Shown here in pieces: positions 52,866 to 64,000 of a stretch of 64,000 nucleotides of DNA; position 1 is the first letter of the stretch, and the number at the start of each line of letters is the position of its first letter. Origin of the DNA: Lytechinus pictus (Eukaryota); the NCBI RefSeq assembly GCF_037042905.1, contig NC_087249.1:7504001-7568000 (forward strand), written 5' to 3'. Below the pieces are notes generated by a model that ran no database searches, had not been told where the DNA came from, and saw nothing but the letters and a program-made list of their open reading frames with translations. Made by a program: the position numbers and the translations under genes.

Positions 52866-54854
52866 AGCTATAGTGGGAGTTACGGATGAGGATTAATCCT
52901 GAAATAATATAAAGGCAAGAGTTCTGTTGTGTCATCTCTTGCCATCATACTTATTGGAAAAGGTGGGCGATTTCATCAAGTTTACGATTATGGTAATCAG
53001 GCCTTTATGGTTACTTCCGTGGAGTTCTCGATTTTCATTGGCTCCACCTGCTCAGCCTTGTAGAGCCCTGTTCGTCAGGTTTGGGTAATAAATTAATAGC
53101 AGCATATTCGAAACGTGCGCAAGGCGATCCCCAGATATGGTCCATGGTTTTTATGTGCATACTCGATTGGCAATTAAACCTTGGGTATTGGAGAGTTTGA
53201 CTTACTTGCGTAGTCTGTAATCTAGACCATCTTTCATGTTTTTTTTATGTTCGGGGAAAGCTATATACATGTACGACACATTAAAGGTATAGTGTATGCC
53301 AGGTGGTGGAACGCATATAACATTCTCGCCTCCATAACACTAGTTCGACAATGACATATCAAACATTTCCCCCCTTTCCCCCGTAATTTTTTAATATTGT
53401 GATTAGTTTTGTAAAATTTGACAATCCAATGTCATTAGAGCTGAGGTCGTAGATGCTTTTTGGCTGTTGGCCTCAATGCCCTTTTAATTACCTTTTAATT
53501 ATCTCTGAAACGTTTGGTGCATTTTGAAATTGCTTCTTTGTGCTTTAATAACAAGAAGAGCCCAATAAGAAAGAGGCCTAGTTGTCCGAAAGTTTATTCA
53601 AGGTCTAAGATTTTTGAATGAAATATCCATCTGAGATGATGCCCTTATAATTTATTTTCTTCATATAAGCTTCAAGGAATAAGCAAACGAATGGATATTA
53701 CCATTTACTTTTGAAATTAAGATAACTATTAATCTTTTATCCAAGTTTTCGATCAGAATTGACCTTCAATTTGACTGGGTAACATACTTCATGTAATTGT
53801 CGATATCCGATATATTCTCACGAAGGTTTCGTTAAAATATAAAAAAATACTTTGGAACGAATAATGTACACATTTTGACATACATTTGATATGAGATGAC
53901 CTTTGTCCTTTATAGAGTGACTTGAAATTATAAAAATCTAGTCGCTGATATACCTGGTAACCATTTACTTAGTTTTACAGAATAGAGACTTGAATATAAA
54001 ATTATATTCAAATCTTAACCTTTGTTCAATATGCTGATACCTCAACATGGTTAAAGTTTATTGACTCCACATGTCATTTCAGTCTTTCCCAATTCAAAGA
54101 TCGGAAGTTGATTAGCTGTTGATACTTGATAACGATTCTATCATTAGGTCCTATAATTTATTTACGTATTTATTCTCAAATCCTGTTTTGTGTTTTGTAA
54201 TGCTGATACATCAACATTATATTAGTGGTTCGATGACCCTTATGACCTTTGACCTTCGTGATGTGATATGGAATCCATAATCAGTGAGCCTTAATTACCC
54301 TTATGATTAAATTTTGTTAGGTTGTCAGGATTTAATAAAGACGGCGCCGTCGTCACCACCTTGGGAAATTGCTATCATTGTCTAACTTATGCAGACTACT
54401 ATATACGAGACCATGCACCCCTCTCATCGTTGGTATTTAATAGTGGTTTGCAAATATTATTAAGAACACGTACATGAAGTACAATGTGTCGATAGATTCT
54501 ATGGGGCTTGAACCTACAAAGTGTCCTGAGTCCCGTAACACAAATGTTAGCGATTGATTAATCGAGAGTTTGATTTGATTAATCGAGAGTTTGATTTTTC
54601 ACAATTAATTGCGCATGGCAATGCAAATCAATCGTAAGAAAATGCTCTACGATGGTTGCTAAGTTTTGTGTCACGAGCCCCAGGTGTGACGTCATCTGGC
54701 AGCTAGGCGTCCTAGGCAATAAACCTAAACGTTATAATTATGACTCCACTAAAATGTTTATACCCCGCCGTCATCCGAGGATATTCCGTAACTTCATAAT
54801 TTTATTTCCATTCTTACCGTTGGCTCATTATTGGTTAATTACCCCATTAACCTA

Positions 54855-55051
54855 CACTCTTAAAATGTTGGGCAACGTACTGTCTACACAACAATTGGTT
54901 TAAAAATTCACCCAACTCTGGGTAGTTTTCCAACCAATACTGTGTAGTTTCAACCAAAGCACACATTATTGGTTTAAACCTACCCAGAATTTGATAAAGT
55001 TTTAACCAATTTGTTGTGTGTACAGTGTGTTGCCCGGCAATTTTAAGAGTG
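54855..55051. mobile_element. CACTC-terminal MITE
   Basis: TA|CACTCTTAAAATGTTGGGCAAC...GTTGCCCGGCAATTTTAAGAGTG|TA. Confidence 0.8.
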
Positions 55052-55766
55052 TAAAACTTTGGCGTCGGTATAGTGCATGCAAGGAACTGGTAGAGATGGA
55101 GCGGGGCTGGGGCTGCCACCCATGCATGATTCTTTATAGCAATGAAAAAAAAGATACAAAGAACAAAATGGGAAAGGAAAATAAAAAAAAGAATGAAGTA
55201 GATAAAAAGAGAAGGATTTATCATGGAAATATGTCGCTAGGCCGCCTCTGCAATATGAGCGAATTAAGCCCGTGGTGGTTCAAGGATACGAAGACAGCAT
55301 TTTCTAGCAAAAAATCATAAATAAAAATAAAACTTTTTTTTTTTTTTGGGGGGGGGGTCTTTTTGACCAATGGACAACTGTTTTCAACAGTGAAAGTTTT
55401 AGATATCTATCATAGTTTCAACTATGGTAAGTAGACCGGTAATGTATGAGAAATATATGTTTCTCTCTCATTTATCTTTCAAAATTTACCTGTATTTTGT
55501 AATCTCAATAACCGTTCTACATATTCAAAGTTCATTAGAAAACAGATGGAGCGACAACTGACAACCTACATTTCTTCAGAGGCCGCCGAAGGTTTTGAAT
55601 AACTGGTAATAAAGTTTTCTCCAAAAAAAAATCAATTCTAAGATGAAATATACATTGGTTGCAGTAATAGATAGGTATTATTTTTCAAAACGCCGATATT
55701 TTATGGTAGTTTGATAGACAATGCATACTCAGTTTCGTCACACGAAAATACATTATATTCAATTAA

Positions 55767-58045
55767 GGACGTTCCACAGTTATGTTTGTGCGCATCATGA
55801 TCTGCGCATATTTTACACTCTGCGCGCTGACGTCACAATGGATGAACTTGTGATTTAATCAGCTGTAGGTAATGTGAGCTGATTTTTCTCCTTATCTACA
55901 TTAACTGCAGATCTGATGTGTTATTTTATGAAGCTAATAAACTGGAATTATTCCATGGACCATTTTTTTTTAATTCCTCTACAATTTCAAAATTGTTTCT
56001 CTGTAGTGCTGCAAATTATGATGATTATGACCCTCGAGTATGAATAAATGGAAAAGTGGTTCGGAATTCTTCCTCACAGATACTGCTTTTGGCGCGTTTT
56101 CGGGTGTTTTAAGAAGCAAATTTGCTCTAATAAGAGTGCTGATAGTTTCAAAACAAGCACATGAACCCATATTTTTTAATGTTTGCACCTCTTAGGTATA
56201 CCTTCCTGAACAACTTTGCAAAGATTGGTGAAAATGACATGGATTTTAAATAAAGTGCAGCATTTCTTATACTTCTAAAGTTTGTTATTGAAATTTGACA
56301 TTTTTGAGGTTATATCTTTCCCGCAATTTCTAAGAACTGAGAGTGTTGTTAGACTTAAATGGGCAAACAATTGACAGCAATCGATAGATTATCCATCTTA
56401 CGGATACAATTATTAATCATATTGCAAAATTTGACGAAATTTTCATGGATTTTGACTGATTATTAGGGCTTTAATCTCAGTGTTGTGATCTCGTGAGGTC
56501 TAAAAATGCCGAATTCTTTTGGATGCGCAATTCTTAAGAACATCATCCATTTTGGGTTAATTTTTAAGCTCTATAGCAAAAAATCAAGCACATGGACCGA
56601 TGTTAATTTTTGCATATTTGGAATATTCAGGTGCTAAAGTATCTATGTGCAAAGTATGATGAAAACGACATTTTTTTTAAGTGTTTGGGAGCAAGACTAC
56701 GGAACCACTCGCATTTTAGACGGTATTAACAGACTTTTGCTTGTTTTCGGTGCATTTTGGGCTGTTTCAAGCCAACGCGCAATACTTTGGACACTGATAA
56801 TTTGAAAACGAGCACATGGACCCCAAATTTGTAATGTCTTAACTTCTTTAGAATATATTTTTCTACAAATCTAGAGAGTATGATGAAAATGACATGGATT
56901 TTGAATGTTTGGGAGCAGGACTAAGGAACCATTCGTATTTTAGACATTGTGGACGGTATTAGACTTTTGCCCGTTTTAGGCATATTATAGACTGTTTAAA
57001 GACAACTCGCAACAGTTTAGACACTGATAGCTTAAAAACGAGCAAATGGAACCCATGTTTCTAATATTTTAACGTCATCAGAATATATTCCTCTGTAAAT
57101 CTAGAGAATATGTTGAAATTGACATGGATTTTGAATGTTTGGGAGCAAAACTACGGAACTATTCGCATTTTAGACGGTATTATTAGACGTTTGCACGTTT
57201 TCGGCGCATTTTAGGTGGATTTCAATATTTTCAAGCCAACTCGCAACACTTTGGACACTGATAGTTTAAAAACGAGCACATGGACCCCATATTTTTAATA
57301 TTTTTATGTCTTCAGAATATATTCTTCTACAAATCTGGAGAGAATGATGAAAATGACATGGATTTTGAATGTTTGGGGGCAAAACTACGGAACCATTCGC
57401 ATTTTAGACGGCATTATTAGACTTTTGCACGTTTTGGGCGCATTTGGGCGATTTTCATGCCAACTCGCATCACTTTGAACACTCATAGTTAAAAAACGAG
57501 CACATGGACCCCATATTTTAACTTCCCTACACCTTCGATATGCATTCCTCTACAATTTAGCCGAATTTGATGAAAATGACATGGATTTTGAAAAAAATGC
57601 AGCTTACAAAATACTTTTTTAATTTTTGAGTAGATTCACGTCTTTGAAGATTTGTTTTTTCCGAGTTTTTGCACCATTCTTGCCAAATGAGGGCGCTGCT
57701 GACTCCAAATAGATATAGTTCTACCAATTAAAAGACTTTCTCTTTCTTTTTTTTATACACTTTGTTATATATCTTGAAAATTTGATGAAGTTTGATGCGG
57801 TATCTACTGAGTAAAGATGATTTACACTCATTTGGTGAATTCGTGAGGTCTAAGAGAGGCATATTTCTCTTGATTGCGCAAGATTGCATATCATTCAAAT
57901 ACGGCGACTTTGAAGACCCGTAGAAAAAAAATAAGCACATGAACCTATGTTATTTTTTGCATTTTCATAATGCATAGATACCAAATTAACTCTCTGCAAA
58001 ATTTGGTGAAAATGACATGGAATTCATTTTAACTGTGGAACGTCC
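55767..58045. mobile_element. 2.28-kb non-autonomous TTAA-flanked (Kolobok-like) element with internal ~230-bp tandem repeats
   Basis: Perfect 16-bp TIR GGACGTTCCACAGTTA with TTAA on both sides. GAAAATGACATGGATTTT recurs near 56230, 56660, 56886, 57115, 57349, 57572 and 58008. Confidence 0.9.
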
Positions 58046-59271
58046 TTAAGCCACAGTCACAAATAAACAAAGATCCTCAAGCATGGATGTCTATCCCAGG
58101 TGGAGGGGGGGGGGGATATATACCCCCACTTGAGTACAGACGTGTGACTCGGGGGGGGGGGGCATGAACCCGCAGAAAGTTTCACGACCAAGAAAGAAGT
58201 AGAAAAAAAATGAAAAGAAAGAAAAAGGGTGTAATATAATATATATTTTAAAATATCATGTCAAAATCTATATCACAAGATTGAATTTTGTTTTTAAAAA
58301 GGTCAACATTTCTGCTTGCTCTCTTCGCTCTTTCGCAACTTTTGTTAGTAACATTTTTCCCTTTTACGTCGTGCCTGTCTCCCCCACAAAAACTTAGACT
58401 CGTAAAGCCACTGACCCCCCCCCCCCCCACCTCTTAAACTTTAAAAAAAAAATCCTTCACATATAATGTAAATGTATGTGTCAGTTATCCACCCCATCCC
58501 CCCATGGACACTGATCGACACCCACGTCATGCTTTCTTTCTATCGCTTCTTCCTCTCCTTTCCTTTTACTTCTTTTATTTTCTTATTTTTTGGAGCCGCC
58601 AATAGAAGGAGGAGCAAAGCGCCATATATAGATCTGCCTAGAAAACAACTTTTATGAACTCGTCCTCTTTTTTTTCTTTCTTTTTCATACATAAAAACAA
58701 ATATATTTTTACAGATTTACAGGGACAGGAATAATTTTACTATAGACAGAGCAAAGTTTACTTCTATAAAAAAAAAGTTACTGTTGTTGTGTGCCTTGTT
58801 ACGAGAATATAGTTTTGTAGAGGAAAGAGTATGTATATAGATAAAATGTTTATATCAAATCGGATAATCAGGAAACTAGGATTTTGAGGCACTCCATAGA
58901 GATAGGAAAGAAAAAGTAATGTTTCTAGTCTTGGAGGGAGTGGTGCTCTGGAAAGAAAATGTGTTATTCTTTTAATGATAAACCTTCAAGTTGGCATTTT
59001 AAAGCAGTTCTAAATTATCATACTTATAGTCAGATAAGTCAAAATATGATTAGCCACTGGGCCTATATATAGTAGTATATGTAATTAATAGTCTTGGGAG
59101 ATATCAGTGACTGGATGAAAAACAAAATTTGAAGAGTGATTTTTTTTTGTTACATACTGACCTGAAACTTTGCCTTTTTAAGGAATCTTGTCAGTTTTCA
59201 TGGTTCTTTCCCTTTTATACCCTCTTTAAAATCTCAGTTCTCACTTTTCTTCTTTTTTTGTTTTACACTTA

Positions 59272-59620
59272 ATGATAATAATAATAATGATAATAATAAT
59301 ACGTGAGATTTGTACAGCGCACTTTCCATCTTGATTAGATGCTCAAGCCTTTAGAGTAGAACAACAACAAAAGCTATTTACATAATACATGTCTGAGCAC
59401 TTATCTAAGTCAATGTCTATCACTTTTAAGCACTTTTAAACAGGTATGTATCAGGTTGCTCTTGAAGGTAGTCACTGAAGTCTGGGTTTTCAAACTCTGT
59501 GGAAGAGAATTCCACATGCAGGTTAGGCCCTGCGCTGCACGAGCAAAGGCCCGTTCCCCCGCAACTGGGATTTGTAAGAGATTAGATTATGATAGTAAGG
59601 TTCTTGAGGGTTGGTAATTA
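59272..59620 (-). mobile_element. Decayed L2-clade LINE 3' end
   Basis: Reverse strand reads ...RAFARAA...WNSLPQSLK...FKS..., followed by AAGTGCGCTGTACAAAT and a (TTA)n tail. Confidence 0.7.
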
Positions 59621-59879
59621 TGCATCAAAGACATATTGCAACTGGGGGAAGTTGCATTGACTATTATGAAGAATCAAAAGAAGGATTTTAAAGTCTATAT
59701 ATTTAAGTTATATTTAAAAAGGGGTGGTAAAACAAACGAGGTATGGTCCAATAATCATCACTACCACGATGCCCCATCCATGAACACAGATCGACATCAT
59801 CAATTTTTATCAATACTTAGTTGTATGAAATGCATATTATGGTATATGGCGCGCCCATTGAGACACACACGTGCAAGCC

Positions 59880-60208
59880 ACATCGCTAAGAGACTCATGC
59901 GCGCATTGTATTATTACGTCACAAGTGATGGTATGCGCATGCGTAGTTGTTCTAGCAACGTCAGATTTTATGCAACTTATTTTGGCGCCTTGTACTGTGA
60001 ATGAACGAAGAGGGTTGTATCATTCCTGGCGTGACCGTGGAACGACAAGGATATGGATTGGGCACGGCGCAAATGACACCCGGAGTTTCCGGCGACCTGT
60101 CGGAGGAGAGTTTGGTCACGGGGGACCGGAGCACCTTCTGCTCTCATTGAAAAAAACACTGGACATTTTTGTGTGTAGGAAACAGAAGTTGAATAATCAA
60201 AAATCATC
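59880..60208 (+). promoter_or_regulatory. Candidate SWEET1 promoter and 5' UTR
   Basis: CpG-enriched patch directly upstream of the ATG, with an NRF1-like TGCGCATGCGT (about 59933-59944) and a CRE-like TACGTCAC (about 59915-59922). Motif matches only. Confidence 0.35.
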
Positions 60209-63200
60209 ATGGACCCCATGTTTATGTTTTCATGGCTAACTGTCCTGTGCACCGTCTACATGTATTTGTCTGGCATGTAAGTCCTCAAAATATAAAAAAA
60301 TATATATATATGGTTTTCATGATATCGAGGATATGCCTAAGAGTTATAAATGATGAAGTCAATAATGTATGCCAGGCCAAGTGCATATACAATAGGCCAA
60401 AACTTTCTTTAAAAGGGTGTTTCAAACTACTGATCTCGCAAAGGAGACTGGTAATAGGCGAGGTTGCAGTATATAGACCCTACTTCTCGAGGAAAATGAT
60501 ATAAGACAAGTTTATATAAACCAAAAAATATTTATCGATTTGACAATCATCATTCATAACAATGATAATCATCCGATTGTAAGCACTTAATACATCGGAA
60601 CGACGTTTCTAAGCGCTTTACAGATAATTATATCATTATCCTGGTCATAGGATCCTGGCATGCCCGCACACAATGTATGTACATTTTCCACTCCCTGGGG
60701 GAGCATTATTGTTTAATCAACCTGAAAAGAGACCCCCCCTAAAGTCTCTAGACTTTCCATATAACGGTGAGTGTATATGTCGCCTTACGAAAAACTCCCT
60801 AAAATAATTATCTATAACGACCGATTTTAGTTGGTTTCGTGAATTTCGTTGGTGTGGTATGCATATGGATTTCTGGCATGCTTCAGGCACGGAAACACGA
60901 CACCCCGTCCTTTATTTTACACCATCCTTTATTTTACACTGAAGTTGAACGGAAGTATATGATTAAGAAATGTTGAAACCCTTATTTGGCATAATTATTA
61001 TTGGGCACTTCTCTGTAAATGGGGAGGGGTCATTTACATATTTTATACAAATTTATGTAATAAAAAGACTTCATAAATATCATTTTGGCTTACAACGATC
61101 TAATAATCATTTTGGCGGCATATACTCTATGTTTTCATATTGGTTTCATCATTGTTTTGTTATCATATCATCATATTTACTCTCATTCTTTTCATAAATT
61201 CGATCTAGTTCAATTCAATCCATTTATTTTTTACGAAATAGCAAAAAATCTTGGCATGATAGAAAATAACAGTACATTCAGAAAGGAACGAAATTGATAG
61301 GAAAGGTATTTTAAAGAAGTATACAAAATAGTGAAACAAAGTTAATCACTGTTATTAATATCATTATCATTGTTATCATTTCATTTAGTATTTTCATAAT
61401 TATTATCATTACTATTATCATTATTATTGTTATCAAATATCTCATATCAGTCATATTTTCATTTCTGTCTTTTTTTCTGCCGCTACATGCCGTTATTTGT
61501 TCTGATTTTAAATGCATTAAAATATTGATAGTTCTATGTTCTTTATTTTTCTCTGAGGTCGACTTGTACTCTTCTCTTCCGGGTTAGATCAACAAACAAT
61601 ATCTCCTTCGTACCATTCATAACAACGGCCGTCAAGTAAGTACTATTATCTTCCGGGTTAGGTAAAAAAACACCAATATATCTCCTTCGTACCATTCATA
61701 ACAACGGCCGTCAAGTAAGTACTATATTCTCTTCCGGGTTAGGTCAACAAACAATATATCTCCTATACCATCCATAACAACGGCCGTCAAGTGAGTTGTA
61801 ATAGAGAATTTTCACAATCACTAATCAGACGCTTTCTATAACGCAGAAAATCTTTTGTCAAAAACCCTTCAATGACGAAACAGCCTTTATCGATCATCGG
61901 TGAACCAAAAGAACAGTATCGTCCTGGACTCTAGACAAACGACGTATTTGTATTTTTTTTGTCCGGTCCGAATCTTAAGACAGTGTGCTGTCCCGGTCCT
62001 CCATCATTCGAGAAAGACCTTTCAGCTGTTCATTGTGATTTGAAGTGTATTCTCAAGTGAATTAGTGAAAGATACAACTGCGTAGTGACTGCGAAAATAA
62101 GCTTCTTTTTACTTGGCTCGGTGTAAAAATGGCAGAGGTAACAATGGCAGAGGTAAAAATGGCAGAGGTAAAAATGGCAGAGGTAGAAATGGCAGAGGTA
62201 AAAATGGCAATGGTAAAAATGGCAGAGGTAAAATGGCAAAGGTAAAAATTGCAGAGGTAAAAATGGCAAAGGTAAAAATGGCAGAGGTAAAAATGGCAAA
62301 GGTAAAAATGGCAGAGGTAAAAATGGCAAAGGTAAAAAAAATTTGGGGCCCCTCTAAAATATCTATATCAAAGATCCTAATTGGTTGGGTGAAATATCAA
62401 TATAAATTGCACAAGCGAGATGCAAATACGCTAAAATACGCACATTTAAATAGATTTAAAGTACAACGGAAGTGATTGGTCATCTGTTTATTCTCACACT
62501 ATAAATTCCTAGGATTGTAACTAAGGACATAACTTAAAAATATATATATATTTTCAATCTAATGGAATGATAAATCAATAAAAAAATATAGTTCTTATAA
62601 TTATTCGGCAATTCTTCTTTAACACGTGTTGTTCATTCTCCTCCCCTAAACCTGTAATTTCGCGGGTTTTTTTTTTTTTTGTCTATTCACGCTATCCGAC
62701 TGTTTCCTAAATTATACTAATGAAGTATAATCAATTATTTGTCATGGTTTTTTATTTAAAGTTAGTTTGAAAGTATGTTGAAGACTGTTACAGTAACTTT
62801 ATATGCAGGATTAAAAAGTAGGAGGGGGGAGGGTCGGGTGTAAGGACACTTTATAATTTTGCCTTCTTTTTTGTCTTTGGACTTACACTATAAACTATAT
62901 GAATTCAATAGTTGTAATCATTTTCTATTTTGTTCTCTATAATATTGTCTAACAATTTGTACTATAAAATGATGAAACTTCGCTTGTTATTATTGTCCAA
63001 AATGGCTGTCTGAAATTGACTGTCCGGACAACGACAGGGGTAGTTGTTAGAGTGACGGGGCTTAAATTAAAAAAAAAGACTACGTGCGTAAAATATTGTG
63101 CAACAACGTTGTGCTCCTTGATCCTTGTACATATACATGTACACTTACAACAAATTGAATTTATCCTTACCTTTACCTTTTATTTAGCATTGTGATGTGG

Positions 63201-63311
63201 GGAACCTACGGGTTTTTATGCGCTGATAAGGCCATCATCATCGTCAATGTGGTCGGTTTTGCTGTTCAACTCTCCTACATCTGTATCTATATACGCTTTA
63301 CACAAAACAAG
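60209..63311 (+). CDS. SLC50A1: Sugar transporter SWEET1, 3'-partial: join(60209..60276,61558..61635,63188..63311), continues beyond the window
   Basis: MDPMFMFSWLTVLCTVYMYLSG | MSTCTLLFRVRSTNNISFVPFITTAVN | IVMWGTYGFLCADKAIIIVNVVGFAVQLSYICIYIRFTQNK matches the first MtN3/saliva repeat of animal SWEET1. Phases 2,2,0 are consistent. The exon 2 acceptor is an unusual GAG. Confidence 0.85.
61570..61796 (+). repeat. Tandem triplication (~78-bp unit) of the 3' part of SWEET exon 2 with its splice donor
   Basis: CTTCCGGGTTAG...CATAACAACGGCCGTCAA|GT(A/G)AGT occurs three times, with donors at 61636, 61715 and 61791. Confidence 0.92.
62123..62337. repeat. 15-bp minisatellite (AAAAATGGCAGAGGT)n, about 14 copies
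   Basis: Directly visible. Confidence 0.95.
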
Positions 63312-63742
63312 GTATGCAACCCTGGGCCCCGTCTTGGCGTCTTACAAAGAGTTACGATTGATCCAGTCCATCAGTGTCATATTTTTTTCTTTAGGAAATT
63401 TGCACAATGTCCTTTGAAAACAAAGAGAAGCATATATATATAAATATACACAAATTATTCTAGCCGATATTATTCATAAAACAGTTGTTTAAAAAGTCGA
63501 TCTTTGTCTGAAAATAAGAAATAGGAAAGTCTAATTTGTTGTTTTCTAAAGATCTGCAACGACCTCATGAACGAAGCAAACTAAGGCATGCCAATCGGAG
63601 AGAAATAGGGTCTATGATAATGAACTTAATAGATTATTATAGACTCAACAAACCGAGTTTTTCTTTTTATTGTTAAAACTATGCATGAGTCCAAATTTTG
63701 AATTTCTTTGTGAAATAACGAATTCGCATTGAGTTTTGTTAA

Positions 63743-64000
63743 AGGTCAAGTCCACCTCAGAAAAATGTTGATTTAAATTAATAGAAAAAAATCAGATAAT
63801 GCTGAAAATTTCATCAAAATCGGATTTAAAATGAGAAAGTTATGACATTTTAAAGTTTCGCTTATTTTTCACAAAATAGTTATATGCACAATTTAGTCAC
63901 ATACAAATGAGAGAATCGATGATGTCCCTCACTCACTATTTCTTTTGTTTTTTATTGTTTGAATTATACAAAATTTCAATTTTTACAGATTTGACAGTAA
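63743..64000. mobile_element. TTAA-flanked (Kolobok-like) MITE cut by the window end
   Basis: TTAA|AGGTCAAGTCCACCTCAG, near-identical to the start of 25741. Confidence 0.85.

Noticed and set aside
62030..62475. Repetitive ORFs on both strands (PFLPL, KNGRG, MAEVK)
   Set aside because: Produced by a 15-bp minisatellite; open frames arise trivially.

Overview
AT-rich, repeat-dense animal genomic DNA with GT-AG introns. The repeat landscape suggests an invertebrate deuterostome such as a sea urchin, which is an inference. Four spliced genes could be rebuilt by hand with consistent exon phases: a divergent 3-exon rhodopsin-class GPCR (minus, 347 aa), a 10-exon SLC43-family MFS transporter (plus, 557 aa), a 5-exon secreted fibrinogen-related-domain (FReD) protein (minus, 306 aa), and the first three coding exons of a SWEET1/SLC50A1 sugar transporter (plus, runs off the window). 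The rest is SINEs, L2 and RTE LINE fragments, many non-autonomous DNA transposons and simple repeats. The most notable observations are: (1) a 1.24-kb Transib/RAG-type element with CACAGTG ends, a perfect 5-bp TSD and RSS-like 12/23 spacing; (2) a 657-bp TIR element carrying a captured axonemal dynein heavy chain (DNAH6-like) fragment, nested in a TTAA element at the FReD stop codon; (3) a tandem triplication of part of SWEET exon 2 that may create a mutually exclusive exon; (4) footprints of ectopic template switching and unequal crossover between MITE copies. Family assignments come from motif recognition only; no database search was run.
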